Shown: positions 1 through 9,306, counted from the stretch's first letter. The stretch: 64,000 nucleotides of DNA from Candidatus Magasanikiibacteriota bacterium (GCA_021648085.1 JAKITS010000001.1:45434-109433); one strand, 5' to 3'. The notes: generated from the sequence alone by a model not told the origin. Translations and numbers: made by a program.

Positions 1-985
1 TTATTGGCGTTGGTATACAGAATTAACTTGGAAAAGATTAAACGCTTTACCAGAAGATGCGGTTGTAAATGTGGCAGTTGCTTTGCAAATTCCAATGGCA
101 CTCATGTTAAATTATGATGTTTGGGAAAGATTAATGTGGTATTTAGGATTAAGAACTTATGAAGAAAAAGAATTAGCAAGTCTTTATGTGAAAATTAGGG
201 ACGCTTTTATGAATTCAAGAGCGTTTTTGGGAAAAAGTAATGGAAAAGATTATGTAGTTCGTGATTTTGTGGAAAAAGTAAAAATTTTAGAAAGAAAAGA
301 TGAAGATAGTATCGAAACTGCAGAATTTTATGACAAAATTAGAACTATAATAAAAGAGCAGAGTTGTATTGTAAATAAGTATATAGAAGTTGATATAAAT
401 GATTTTATAAAAAGCTTAAGAAGTTTGGTTGCTTTTTTCCTGGGTGTTAAACCAGAAAATGCACCAAGTGTCGTAGAAATATTTATGTATCCAGAGTTAA
501 TAGAAGCCGCGGAAAAAACTGAAGAGTATCTTAAAAATTTAGAAGAAGAAAAAGAAGAAGTGTTAGAACCTAAAAAAGAAGAGGTTGTAGAAACTCCATT
601 TGTAGAAGAAAAACCAGCAGAAATTATTGAAGAATTAAAAGAGGAATTGGCTGTAGAAGAAAAAGTTGAACTTGAAAAAATAGAAGAAGTTCCTGTAGAA
701 AAAACTGTTGTGGAAGAAGCTTTAGTAGCTCCAGCTGAAGAAAAAGTCATTCCAACAAAAATCACAAAGCCTATTTTAGAAGAAAAGCCAGAAGAAAGTA
801 AAATGTCTTTGGAAGATATAAAAAAAATGATTGAGTCTAGGTTTGCAGATAAAGAGGGAAAAATAGAAAATATAGAAAGTGTGTTTACTTTGTTAAATTC
901 TATTGCAGATGATCAAAAAGATGAAAGTTTGCGAGAGCTGTATTATTTTGATGAAGAAAAAGGTGATTTTACTTGGAATATTTAA
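1..985 (+). CDS. hypothetical protein, 5'-partial (reading frame open to window edge), C-terminal E/K/V-rich low-complexity region
   Basis: ORF track 71..985 starts at GTG, but frame 2 is open back to nt 2 with no stop; acidic/lysine-rich tail; no recognisable domain. Confidence 0.45.
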   Translation, partial: YWRWYTELTWKRLNALPEDAVVNVAVALQIPMALMLNYDVWERLMWYLGLRTYEEKELASLYVKIRDAFMNSRAFLGKSNGKDYVVRDFVEKVKILERKDEDSIETAEFYDKIRTIIKEQSCIVNKYIEVDINDFIKSLRSLVAFFLGVKPENAPSVVEIFMYPELIEAAEKTEEYLKNLEEEKEEVLEPKKEEVVETPFVEEKPAEIIEELKEELAVEEKVELEKIEEVPVEKTVVEEALVAPAEEKVIPTKITKPILEEKPEESKMSLEDIKKMIESRFADKEGKIENIESVFTLLNSIADDQKDESLRELYYFDEEKGDFTWNI

Positions 986-994
986 TTTTTATAT

Positions 995-2686
995 ATGTCA
1001 CAAGGACCTACAATTTTGGTAAAAAAATCAGATGGAACTGCTGTCAAAATGACAATGGCTGAATTTAGGGAATATAAAAATGTTAAAAAAGAGGTAAAAC
1101 TAGAAGAGGTAAAAAATGATGGAATATCATCCCGAAAGATGAAGAAGGATTTTGAAGAAAAATTACCAAAAAAAGATAAGAAACAGTCAAAACCTGTAAA
1201 ACAAAAAAAGGAAGAGAAAAAAGGAAAACGCTATGAAAAAACTGGACTTATAAAACAGACCCCGCATGAATTGATGAAAAAAGAAGAAAATCTTCCTGCT
1301 GTTGTAGAGTTTGCAAAAAAAGAAATGAAAGTTCCAGCCAATTTGCCAATTTCCGAATTGATTAAAAAAGATATTGCAAAAAAAGAGGAGGAGAAAAAGA
1401 GTAAAATTTCAAAAAAAGAAGAAAATAAAGAGGTGAAAAAAATAGCAGATTTAATTGAAGATGAAATAACTGAGAATAAACCAGAACCAAAACCAGAACC
1501 AAAACCAGAACCAAAACCAGAACCAAAACCAGAACCAAAACCAGAACCAAAACCAGAACCAGAACCAAAACCAGAACCAAAACCAGAACCAAAACCAGAG
1601 AAAATAAAAGTGGAAGATGTTAGGGTTAAAAAAGAAGAAAATTATATTGAATTAGAAAAGGAAAAAAAGAAGAGTTTTCTAAAAGAAGATGAGGTTGTTG
1701 CTGAAAAAGTTTTGGAAGCAAAAAAAAGACAAGAAAAAAAACCATTAGCAGAGATTCCAAAAAAGAAATGGAGAGATAGTGACTATAAGTCACCGTTGGA
1801 TGAAGATTTGGGAAATATTTCTAACAATATAAATGATGGTGGTGCAGACAAAGAAGTTGTTGCGAATAGGGTAATTTCTAGTATGAATTTTAAAGTTGCA
1901 GACGATTTGCAAGGAAGACTTAGAACTTTAATACTTTCTAGATTGAAAGATGTAAGAGATGACGATCAGTTGAGAGAATATGCACAAAAAAAAGTTTTAG
2001 ATGGTGGTTTAGGTTTGAACGGTAAAAATACTGATGAATTAGTAAGGTTTGTTTCTGGAACAAAAAGAAGTCAGGAGGGTATTAATGTCGTAGAGTCTGC
2101 AGAAGAAAGTTTTTTGAAATCTGTGGGAAGTATTACAGAAAAACCATCAAAAACAGATGATGTAGTTTCTCAAATTATTGAAAAAGAAAAAACTAGATCT
2201 ACCGGATTACAAAAGCTTACAATCGCACAAATGGTAGGTGAGAAGAAAGAAGAAAAAACATCTGTTCAGGCTCCAGTAATTACAAAAATTTCTTCTATAA
2301 AAACAAACATAAAAAGTGATTTTGCACGCAAAAAACCAATGCACGATATAAAAAAAGTACAAGGTGGTGAAATTAGAATGGGGCCGGTGGACGAGATAAG
2401 AACATTTAAATCAGAAGATTTTCACAGATTGAACAAAGATGCAGGAAAAGCTATAGAAAAATTGTTGAATAAGGTGAGTGTCTTAAAAAGTAGTTCATTT
2501 TTACTTTATATGGATGCTGTAAAAGCTTGGTTGCAAAGTCCTTTTTATAAAAGTTATCAGGAAGTTTTGCTTGATGCGGTGAATAGCAACAGAAAAATAG
2601 AGGATGTTTTGAACGAAGATAGGCACAAGATTTCAGCAGAAGATTTCTATGTAGTTGTAAAAATTAACAAGAAAATAAAAATTTAA
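995..2686 (+). CDS. Lys/Glu-rich protein with central (PEPK)n proline-rich repeat and ordered C-terminal domain
   Basis: 563-aa ORF; 12-bp tandem repeat encodes ~26 PEPK units; TonB/VirB10-like proline-rich spacer but no obvious TM segment. Confidence 0.5.
   Translation: MSQGPTILVKKSDGTAVKMTMAEFREYKNVKKEVKLEEVKNDGISSRKMKKDFEEKLPKKDKKQSKPVKQKKEEKKGKRYEKTGLIKQTPHELMKKEENLPAVVEFAKKEMKVPANLPISELIKKDIAKKEEEKKSKISKKEENKEVKKIADLIEDEITENKPEPKPEPKPEPKPEPKPEPKPEPKPEPEPKPEPKPEPKPEKIKVEDVRVKKEENYIELEKEKKKSFLKEDEVVAEKVLEAKKRQEKKPLAEIPKKKWRDSDYKSPLDEDLGNISNNINDGGADKEVVANRVISSMNFKVADDLQGRLRTLILSRLKDVRDDDQLREYAQKKVLDGGLGLNGKNTDELVRFVSGTKRSQEGINVVESAEESFLKSVGSITEKPSKTDDVVSQIIEKEKTRSTGLQKLTIAQMVGEKKEEKTSVQAPVITKISSIKTNIKSDFARKKPMHDIKKVQGGEIRMGPVDEIRTFKSEDFHRLNKDAGKAIEKLLNKVSVLKSSSFLLYMDAVKAWLQSPFYKSYQEVLLDAVNSNRKIEDVLNEDRHKISAEDFYVVVKINKKIKI
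1481..1599 (+). repeat. perfect 12-bp tandem repeat (ccagaaccaaaa)n, about 10 units, coding for (PEPK)n
   Basis: read directly in sequence; the antisense ORF 1362..1592 (VLVL...) is its mirror artefact. Confidence 0.9.
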
Positions 2687-2742
2687 TAAAATAATATTCT
2701 TAACTTAATTCTTAAATCATAATTCCTAGTCCTAAATATAAT

Positions 2743-3174
2743 ATGCCCCAGCAATTTGTAGTCCCACAATTTATAGATGTAGAAGACAAAATTTTTGGTC
2801 CAGTCACAACTAGACAATTCTTGATTTTGTTGGTGACTGCACTGATACTTTTTATTATTTTTAAACTTGCTGATATTGTTTTATTTGGTTTGCTAACTTT
2901 ACTTTTGGGTGGTTTTTCACTCGTTGTGGCTTTTGTAAAAGTAAATGGTCAGGCTTTTCATTATTTTATATTAAATATTTTTCAAACACTAAAAAAGCCT
3001 GGGTTGCGTGTGTGGAAAAAAGATTATTCAAAAGAAGATTTGGAATATTTGAGAAAATTTGGAATGAAAGAAGAAATAGAAGAAGAGCAGAAAAAAGAAA
3101 TAACAACACATAGAAAAATTAGAGACCTATCCCTAATTGTAAACACGGGTGGGTTTTATAAAGGAGAAGAATAA
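2743..3174 (+). CDS. small two-TM membrane protein, PrgI/VirB3-like T4SS component
   Basis: 143 aa, two adjacent hydrophobic helices, immediately upstream of VirB4-like genes (gene order typical of Gram-positive-type T4SS). Confidence 0.4.
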   Translation: MPQQFVVPQFIDVEDKIFGPVTTRQFLILLVTALILFIIFKLADIVLFGLLTLLLGGFSLVVAFVKVNGQAFHYFILNIFQTLKKPGLRVWKKDYSKEDLEYLRKFGMKEEIEEEQKKEITTHRKIRDLSLIVNTGGFYKGEE

Positions 3175-3176
3175 AT

Positions 3177-3860
3177 ATGGTTAAAAATAAAAAAAGTAAA
3201 AAAAGTAAAAAACCAGCAAGTCAGTCTTATCTTCCTATTGCACAGATAAAAGACGGTGTTGTTGTTTTGAAAGACGGGACAATGCGTTCTGTACTTTTGG
3301 TTTCAAGTATCAATTTTGCGCTTAAATCTGAAGATGAGCAAAATGCACTGATTTCTTCTTATGCTAGTTTTTTGAATTCTTTGGAATATCCTTTGCAGGT
3401 TGTAATTCAGTCTAGAAAATTGCAAATTCAGCCATATATAGAAAATTTGCTAAAAATGCAAAAAGAACAGACAAATGAATTGCTGAAAGCACAGATAGGT
3501 GACTACGGATCTTTTATAAGTGAATTGGTGGATATAGGAGAGATAATGTCCAAGCGTTTTTATGTGGTGGTTCCGTATGATCCGCTATCAAATAAGAAGA
3601 AAAGTTTTTGGTCTAGATTTCAAGAAGCTGTAAAACCGGTAACATCGATAAGGTTGAAAGGTGAGAGATTTGATAAAAGAAAAGAAGACTTGTCATCGCG
3701 CGTTCGGCAGGTAGTTTCTGGACTGGGAAGTATGGGCTTGCAGGTTGCGGAGCTAGATACACAGGCTTTGGTAGAGCTTTATTATTCAACATATAATCCT
3801 GATATAGCTTATGCGCAACAACTTCAGGATATAAATAAGATTCAAGTTGAACAGATTTAA
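3177..3860 (+). CDS. VirB4/TrbE N-terminal-domain-like protein (split from ATPase domain)
   Basis: motif '..LPIAQIKDGVVVLKDGTMRSVLLVSSINFALKSEDEQ..' resembles N-terminus of Gram-positive conjugative VirB4 homologues; stop TAA is 2 nt before next ATG (translational coupling or frameshift). Confidence 0.45.
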   Translation: MVKNKKSKKSKKPASQSYLPIAQIKDGVVVLKDGTMRSVLLVSSINFALKSEDEQNALISSYASFLNSLEYPLQVVIQSRKLQIQPYIENLLKMQKEQTNELLKAQIGDYGSFISELVDIGEIMSKRFYVVVPYDPLSNKKKSFWSRFQEAVKPVTSIRLKGERFDKRKEDLSSRVRQVVSGLGSMGLQVAELDTQALVELYYSTYNPDIAYAQQLQDINKIQVEQI

Positions 3861-3862
3861 CT

Positions 3863-5752
3863 ATGGCATTTAAACCAATTTCTACAAAACAAAAAAATAT
3901 TCCAGGACTCAAGAAAGGGGATAAGAAAACAGAAGAATTAAAAGTCCAAAAAGAGTTAGTTAGTCTGGAAGAAGAAAGAGTTTTTCGTTCTGGGACAGTT
4001 GCAATCAAAGACTTAATTGCACCTTCTGCATTCAAAGTTGATTCTAGTTTTTTGCAGTTGGGCGATGTATTTTTGAGAACTATTTTTGTAATTTCTTATC
4101 CAAGGTATATTGCAGTTGGTTGGAGTTCTCCTATTTTGAATATGAGCATTACCATGGATATCTCAATGTTTTTTTATCCTATAAAAGCGGAGATAATTTT
4201 GAAACAACTAAAGAAAAAAGTGGGAGCATTGCAGGCACAACTTAGCTCTGACAGAGAAAAAGGAGCACCAAGAGATCCACTGCGAGAAACAGCTTTGCGA
4301 GATATAGAAAAACTTAGAGATGATCTTACGCAAGGTGTTGAACATTTTTTCCAATTTGCATTTTATACTACAATTTATGCAAAAAGTAAAAAAGAATTAG
4401 ATAAATTGAGTGAAGATGTAGAAAGTGTTTTTGGTTCTACTTTGATATATAGTAAGCGTGTTTTGTACCAAGCAGAACAGGGATTCAATTCTACTGCACC
4501 ACTTGGAATAGATGAGCTGATGGTTGCATTCAATATGAATTCGTCTCCTATTGCATCATCATTTCCATTTATTTCTGCAGAGCTTACAAGTGATAATGGT
4601 GTACTTTATGGTATAAATAGACATAACAATAGTTTAATTCTTTTTGATAGATTTAGTCTACAAAATGCAAATATGGTTGTATTTGCAACATCTGGAGCTG
4701 GAAAATCATATGCAATTAAACTAGAGATTTTGCGTAGTATGATGTTTGGTACAGATGTGATTGTAATTGATCCGGAAATGGAATATAAACATTTGAATGA
4801 TGCGGTTGGTGGGACTTATATAAATATTTCTCTTTCCTCTGAAAGTAAAGTAAATCCATTTGATTTACCGAGACCTGTTGGGCAAAAGATTTCCACAGAA
4901 GATGTTGTTAGGAATGCAGTTATTACAATGAAAGGTCAGCTTAGAATAATGTTTGGTAAAATATCTCCGCAAGAAGATTCTGTTTTAGATAGAGCATTGA
5001 TAGAAACTTATGCTAAAAAAGACATAACAGCAGATTCAGACTTGGCGACAGTAGAGCCACCAATTATGCAGGATTTATTGGAAATTTTGGAAGGTATGGA
5101 AGGTGGAGAAAATTTGGTTTTGAAACTTCGTAAATACACAGAAGGAACTTTTTCAGGACTTTTCAATTCTCCAACTAATGTAAATGTAAATAACCAGCTT
5201 GTAATTTTTAGTGTGCGTGATTTAGAAGATGAATTAAGGCCGGTTGCTTTATATTCTCTTATAAATTATATTTGGAATGTTGTACGATCAGAAAGAAAGA
5301 AGAGATTGTTGATTATCGACGAGGCTTGGTGGCTTATGATGCACGAAGATAGTGCTAAATTTATCTTTGCACTTGTAAAAAGATGTAGAAAATATTATCT
5401 TGGAATTACTACAATTACACAAGATGTAAACGATTTTTTACGATCACCGTATGGACAATCTATTGTAAACAACTCTTCACTTCAGCTTTTACTCAAACAG
5501 TCTCCATCTGCAGTAAACTTAATACAAAAGACTTTTATGCTTACAGAAGGCGAAAAGTTTTTACTTTTGGAAAGTGCAGTTGGCGAGGGGATATTTTTTG
5601 CAGGTCTAAAGCATGCTGCCATTAAAATCGTAGCATCTTATACAGAAGATCAACTAATTACATCTGATCCAAAACAGCTTTTGGAAATTGAAAAATCCAA
5701 AAAAGAATATGAAGAAAAACTTCTGCAAGATAAAGGTGAAGAAACTAAATAA
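3863..5752 (+). CDS. virB4: VirB4/TrbE/CagE-family type IV secretion ATPase (C-terminal ATPase portion)
   Basis: Walker A 'VVFATSGAGKSYAIK', VirB4-type Walker B 'LLIIDEAWWLM', 629 aa. Confidence 0.75.
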   Translation: MAFKPISTKQKNIPGLKKGDKKTEELKVQKELVSLEEERVFRSGTVAIKDLIAPSAFKVDSSFLQLGDVFLRTIFVISYPRYIAVGWSSPILNMSITMDISMFFYPIKAEIILKQLKKKVGALQAQLSSDREKGAPRDPLRETALRDIEKLRDDLTQGVEHFFQFAFYTTIYAKSKKELDKLSEDVESVFGSTLIYSKRVLYQAEQGFNSTAPLGIDELMVAFNMNSSPIASSFPFISAELTSDNGVLYGINRHNNSLILFDRFSLQNANMVVFATSGAGKSYAIKLEILRSMMFGTDVIVIDPEMEYKHLNDAVGGTYINISLSSESKVNPFDLPRPVGQKISTEDVVRNAVITMKGQLRIMFGKISPQEDSVLDRALIETYAKKDITADSDLATVEPPIMQDLLEILEGMEGGENLVLKLRKYTEGTFSGLFNSPTNVNVNNQLVIFSVRDLEDELRPVALYSLINYIWNVVRSERKKRLLIIDEAWWLMMHEDSAKFIFALVKRCRKYYLGITTITQDVNDFLRSPYGQSIVNNSSLQLLLKQSPSAVNLIQKTFMLTEGEKFLLLESAVGEGIFFAGLKHAAIKIVASYTEDQLITSDPKQLLEIEKSKKEYEEKLLQDKGEETK

Positions 5753-5757
5753 AATAT

Positions 5758-6324
5758 ATGGAAGATATTAGAAAAAGACTTTTAATTATAATAGGATTGG
5801 TTTCATTTACTGTTATTATTGTAGTTGTGATTATATTAGCCGTTACAGGAGGAGAAAACAAAGGCACTCAACAGGTGGAAGATCTGCAACAAGAAAATGT
5901 AGAAGAAATTTTTGAGATAGAAGAAGTGGTCAAACGAGCTCCAACTGTAGAAGATATGCCACCGCAAAATCCAGAAGAGGTGAGTGCAAAACAGACTGCG
6001 CGTCTTTTTGTAGAGAGGTTTCAGACTTATTCAAATCAAAACGATAATAAACATATAGATGATGTGATACATTTGGTCACAGATAGTATGGCTGTGTGGG
6101 TAAGAGCTCAAAAAGTAGACAAAAGTTTGGATTATGAGGGTGTTACAACTCAAATTTTAGCTAGCAATGTATCAAATTTGGAAAGTAGTAGTGTGACCGT
6201 AAATATAGAAGCACGACAGACAGTGGAAAATAGTGAAGGGGAGAATACAGAGCAAAAAAGTGGTAGAATAGAGCTTGTAAAGGTTTCTGGAGAGTGGAAA
6301 GTGAGTGGATTTTTTTGGGATTAA
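5758..6324 (+). CDS. N-terminally membrane-anchored protein with NTF2-like soluble domain; possible VirB8/PrgL-like T4SS component
   Basis: single N-terminal TM helix, ~150-aa extracytoplasmic domain ('ARLFVERFQTYSNQ' NTF2/SnoaL-like), position right after VirB4. Confidence 0.3.
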   Translation: MEDIRKRLLIIIGLVSFTVIIVVVIILAVTGGENKGTQQVEDLQQENVEEIFEIEEVVKRAPTVEDMPPQNPEEVSAKQTARLFVERFQTYSNQNDNKHIDDVIHLVTDSMAVWVRAQKVDKSLDYEGVTTQILASNVSNLESSSVTVNIEARQTVENSEGENTEQKSGRIELVKVSGEWKVSGFFWD

Positions 6325-6457
6325 AAAATCAAATTAAGCAAAACATAAAAAAGAGGGGAATCCTTCTTTTTTATATTTTGGTTTTTTCTAGCTTTTGACT
6401 TAATTTTAAAAATATATTATTTTGAGCAAAAAAAGTAGTCTCTTATTTAACTTGGAC

Positions 6458-6781
6458 CGCGTCATATTGAGCGAAACGAAGTGGAGTCGAAATATCTCAA
6501 AAAAGTATAACCAGAATTATGAATATTTTATGTTCTTATGATTCTGTTTCGAGATCCATTCGACTTCATTCCGCTTTGCTACATTTCGCTCAGGATGACG
6601 TGAATATTTTACGTCATCCTGAGCGGAACGAAGTGGAGTCGAACGGATCCCTGTGCAGTATAACCAGAATATAAATAATTAAAATAAAACGTTAGTCCGT
6701 CTTTCTTTTTGTTCTTTGTTAATTGATAATTGCTAGTTTTGTGAAACTGTTTCGAGATCCTTCGGCTTCGCTCAAAATAAT
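6458..6781. repeat. cluster of 4 copies (mixed orientation) of dispersed intergenic repeat family, core CACGTCAT(C/A)(C/T)TGAGCG-[variable CGAAG-rich]-GGATCTCG(AAAC)
   Basis: copies at ~6458-6498 (+), 6544-6602 (-), 6612-6661 (+), 6749-6780 (-, partial); same family recurs at 15.7, 60.6, 62.7-63.1 and 63.9 kb. Confidence 0.75.
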
Positions 6782-6830
6782 ATCTTAAAAATCGAGTTTT
6801 TTACTTTATGAACTTTCGACTTAAATAAAT

Positions 6831-7532
6831 ATGCAATTTTTAGAGAAAATAAATAATTTTCTAAAGGAAACACTGTTTCCAATTTTTTGTTTGGGTTGTG
6901 ATACAGAAGGTAAGTGGATTTGCGACAATTGTAGATTTAGTTTTGATACAAATGGAATTTTTTTGTGTGCGGTTTGCAAAACACATACAGTTTTTGGAAA
7001 AACTTGCGATAAATGTAAGAAAAAGACAAATTTAGAATCTGTTTGTGCGGTTTTCAATTTCAAGAAAAATTTAAATGCTAGCAATCTGGTAAGTATATGG
7101 AAATATCAATACGCAGAAGAATTGGTAGAAAACATTGATAATTTTGCGCAAGAATTTGCTCGAAGTAATTTTTCTTTATTTTTAGAAATAGATGCGATTG
7201 TTCCAGTTCCACTTCATCCGCGTAGGTTTGCTGAGCGCGGTTTCAATCAGGCTGAAATAATAGCACAAAGTTTGTCAAAAGTTTTGGAAAAACCAGTTGT
7301 GAATTTGTTGAAAAGAAAAAGATATACAAAACAACAAGCAAAATTGAAAAAACACAAAAGAATAAAAAATGTTGTTGGAGCTTTTACCACGCAAAAAGAT
7401 TTTCAAAAATATAATAGAGTTTTGTTGGTGGATGATGTTTACACCACAGGTAGCACAATAAATGAATGCGCAAATGTTTTGCACAGTGGAGGTGTGCAAA
7501 CTGTGGATAGTTTTGTTCTTGTTCGTGGATAA
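6831..7532 (+). CDS. comFC: ComF-family competence protein (phosphoribosyltransferase domain with N-terminal Cys4 zinc finger)
   Basis: N-terminal CxxC..CxxC..CxxC..CxxC; PRTase motif 'VLLVDDVYTTGSTINE'. Confidence 0.8.
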   Translation: MQFLEKINNFLKETLFPIFCLGCDTEGKWICDNCRFSFDTNGIFLCAVCKTHTVFGKTCDKCKKKTNLESVCAVFNFKKNLNASNLVSIWKYQYAEELVENIDNFAQEFARSNFSLFLEIDAIVPVPLHPRRFAERGFNQAEIIAQSLSKVLEKPVVNLLKRKRYTKQQAKLKKHKRIKNVVGAFTTQKDFQKYNRVLLVDDVYTTGSTINECANVLHSGGVQTVDSFVLVRG

Positions 7533-7621
7533 AAAAATACATAAACTATTGACAATTCATAAAATATTTGGTAAATTTATACTTCGTCGATCTTTATATA
7601 AACAAAAAAGGAGGTGTTAAA

Positions 7622-7939
7622 ATGAGTGAGCATTTGTACACAACTCACGAAGGTGATTTTTTGGTAGTTATGCTTGTAGGTGTAATACCTCTTTGTATTG
7701 CAGAGGTTGTAGAGTCTTACCCTTTAAAACTTAAAGTTTGTGAGATTGGACCTTTTGCCAATTTAACAAGATCTGATTTTATTATCCAACCAAAAGACAC
7801 AAAACTACTGCAAGATGATTACTTCAAAGGTACTGATATTTTTTTATCTTCTGTGTATGGTGTTGGCGGTAAGGTTTTGTCTGGTCTAAGATCTCTCGGG
7901 GCAGGAGGTCAAAAACTTTGGGAAATTTTGCCAATTTAA
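7622..7939 (+). CDS. hypothetical protein
   Basis: ORF track starts 7568, but ATG at 7622 follows a strong RBS (aaaGGAGGtgttaaaATG); rho-independent terminator follows. Confidence 0.4.
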   Translation: MSEHLYTTHEGDFLVVMLVGVIPLCIAEVVESYPLKLKVCEIGPFANLTRSDFIIQPKDTKLLQDDYFKGTDIFLSSVYGVGGKVLSGLRSLGAGGQKLWEILPI

Positions 7940-7945
7940 AAATAT

Positions 7946-7978
7946 AAACGATAGTTTTCCAAACTATCGTTTTTTTAC
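7946..7978 (+). terminator. rho-independent terminator (aaacgatagtttt-cc-aaactatcgttt + T-run)
   Basis: perfect 11-bp stem followed by TTTTTT. Confidence 0.7.
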
Positions 7979-8022
7979 TTCAATTAAAAAAACACCAAAT
8001 GAATGATGTTTCAGAGTGTTTA

Positions 8023-8307
8023 TTATTTTTGGTATTTTTTCCAAAAATAAGATCTTTTTATTGTAATTATCGCGAGTATTCCCCAAATTATAGTTATCAT
8101 CAAACGCATTGTTTGTGTTGTATCAAATAGAAATATTATTCCAGAAGATACAAATAATGCAATTAAATTTGTAATATGTATACCTTCAAATTTTGGATTG
8201 CTAGCTAGGTTTGCTTTTACAAAAGATAGTATAATTAGTAAGATTAGCAAAATAACAAGAATAGTATGAGTTAGTATTATTATTTGTTGAAACATGAATT
8301 TCCTCAC
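8023..8307 (-). CDS. small polytopic membrane protein, hypothetical
   Basis: 94 aa, 3 hydrophobic helices. Confidence 0.35.
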   Translation of the reverse strand: MRKFMFQQIIILTHTILVILLILLIILSFVKANLASNPKFEGIHITNLIALFVSSGIIFLFDTTQTMRLMITIIWGILAIITIKRSYFWKKYQK

Positions 8308-8654
8308 TGTCTATTCTTTAATTGAAATGAACCGCTTTTACTTTATATCTTTTTACTATTTTTGTCAATTAATAAGGTATATAAATAAATTATATGTCTT
8401 ATTTTAAATTTCAGTTCCAATAATAGTTTATCCTTCTCCAGTACGGATATTTTTTTTCTAGCCATTTTCTGGTTTTTGCAGTTAATTCTTGTTCTTTTTG
8501 GGGGGTAATCTTTGTGTTCTTTCACTATAATACTTTATGTTCTAAATATTATATTTTTTTAACCTTCTGCGGCAAGTATTATTAGTTTTCCTTTATTTTT
8601 GTAATTATTTTTTTCTCTAAAAAGATCTTTATATGTTCTATCTATTTTTATATT

Positions 8655-8705
8655 TTATAACAAATTTTAAATAAAAACAAAAACCAGCTTTTCAGCTGGT
8701 TTTTG
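8655..8705. repeat. direct repeat copy 1 (ttataacaaattttaaataaaaacaaaaaccagcttttcagctggttttt), includes a terminator hairpin
   Basis: near-identical to 9405..9454; hairpin aaaaccagctttt-c-agctggttttt. Confidence 0.8.
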
Positions 8706-8778
8706 TATTTGCGGAGAAGATTAAATAATATTAAAAAGCTAATTAGCTAAAATATATTATAAAAAATAAATAATTTAT

Positions 8779-9306
8779 TTATTTTTGTTTCAAAACCCGG
8801 TTTATTTCAGATGAAAGTTCTTTCCTTTCTTTTGAAGTTTGTTCGCGTATTTCATTTGCACGAAGTTTACCTGTATTTGGGTTTATTTGCAAGGCTGACG
8901 TAGTAAATGTCAAATCCCCTCCTCCAATATAATTAAAATAAGAATGTGCATTAGTGCTACCAGATTGATATATACCATCTGATATATCCATATAAACATC
9001 TAGATCAATTGTATCTCGTATGTTTTCCAATGCTCGAGATTTTTTTATTTCAGATAGTCTAAATACTGCATGTTCAACAAGTGGATGGTTTTCTTCAAGT
9101 TGAATGCCTGCATTTTTAAGTTTTTCTAAAATTTCTATTTTTAATTGTTCAAAAGAAGGAATATTTTCAAAAGCTTTCTCAATAATATCATTATACTCCT
9201 TTATGTCAATTGATTTATTAGTAAGAATTTCAGCTTCTTGGTCTAACATATCTTTTTTTGCTTCTTTTTGGGAAATAGGTTTTCCCATGCTTTCTTGTGT
9301 TACCAT
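8779..9306 (-). CDS. hypothetical protein (gene flanked by ~50-bp direct repeats)
   Basis: 175-aa ORF, no recognisable motifs; lies between two copies of a terminator-containing direct repeat. Confidence 0.45.
   Translation of the reverse strand: MVTQESMGKPISQKEAKKDMLDQEAEILTNKSIDIKEYNDIIEKAFENIPSFEQLKIEILEKLKNAGIQLEENHPLVEHAVFRLSEIKKSRALENIRDTIDLDVYMDISDGIYQSGSTNAHSYFNYIGGGDLTFTTSALQINPNTGKLRANEIREQTSKERKELSSEINRVLKQK

Noticed and set aside
328-765. 145-aa minus-strand ORF (S/T-rich)
   Set aside because: Antisense of the E/K-rich low-complexity region of the plus-strand gene
1362-1592. 76-aa minus-strand ORF (VLVLVL...)
   Set aside because: Antisense read-through of the (PEPK)n repeat in the plus-strand gene
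6612-6661. Hammerhead-like ribozyme core (CUGAGCG ... GAAAC) inside the dispersed repeat
   Set aside because: CUGAGCG does not match the obligatory CUGANGA box and no three-stem junction with the conserved GAAA/UH can be drawn
8343-8525. 60-aa minus-strand ORF in AT-rich spacer
   Set aside because: No RBS, K-rich low complexity typical of random ORFs in AT-rich DNA
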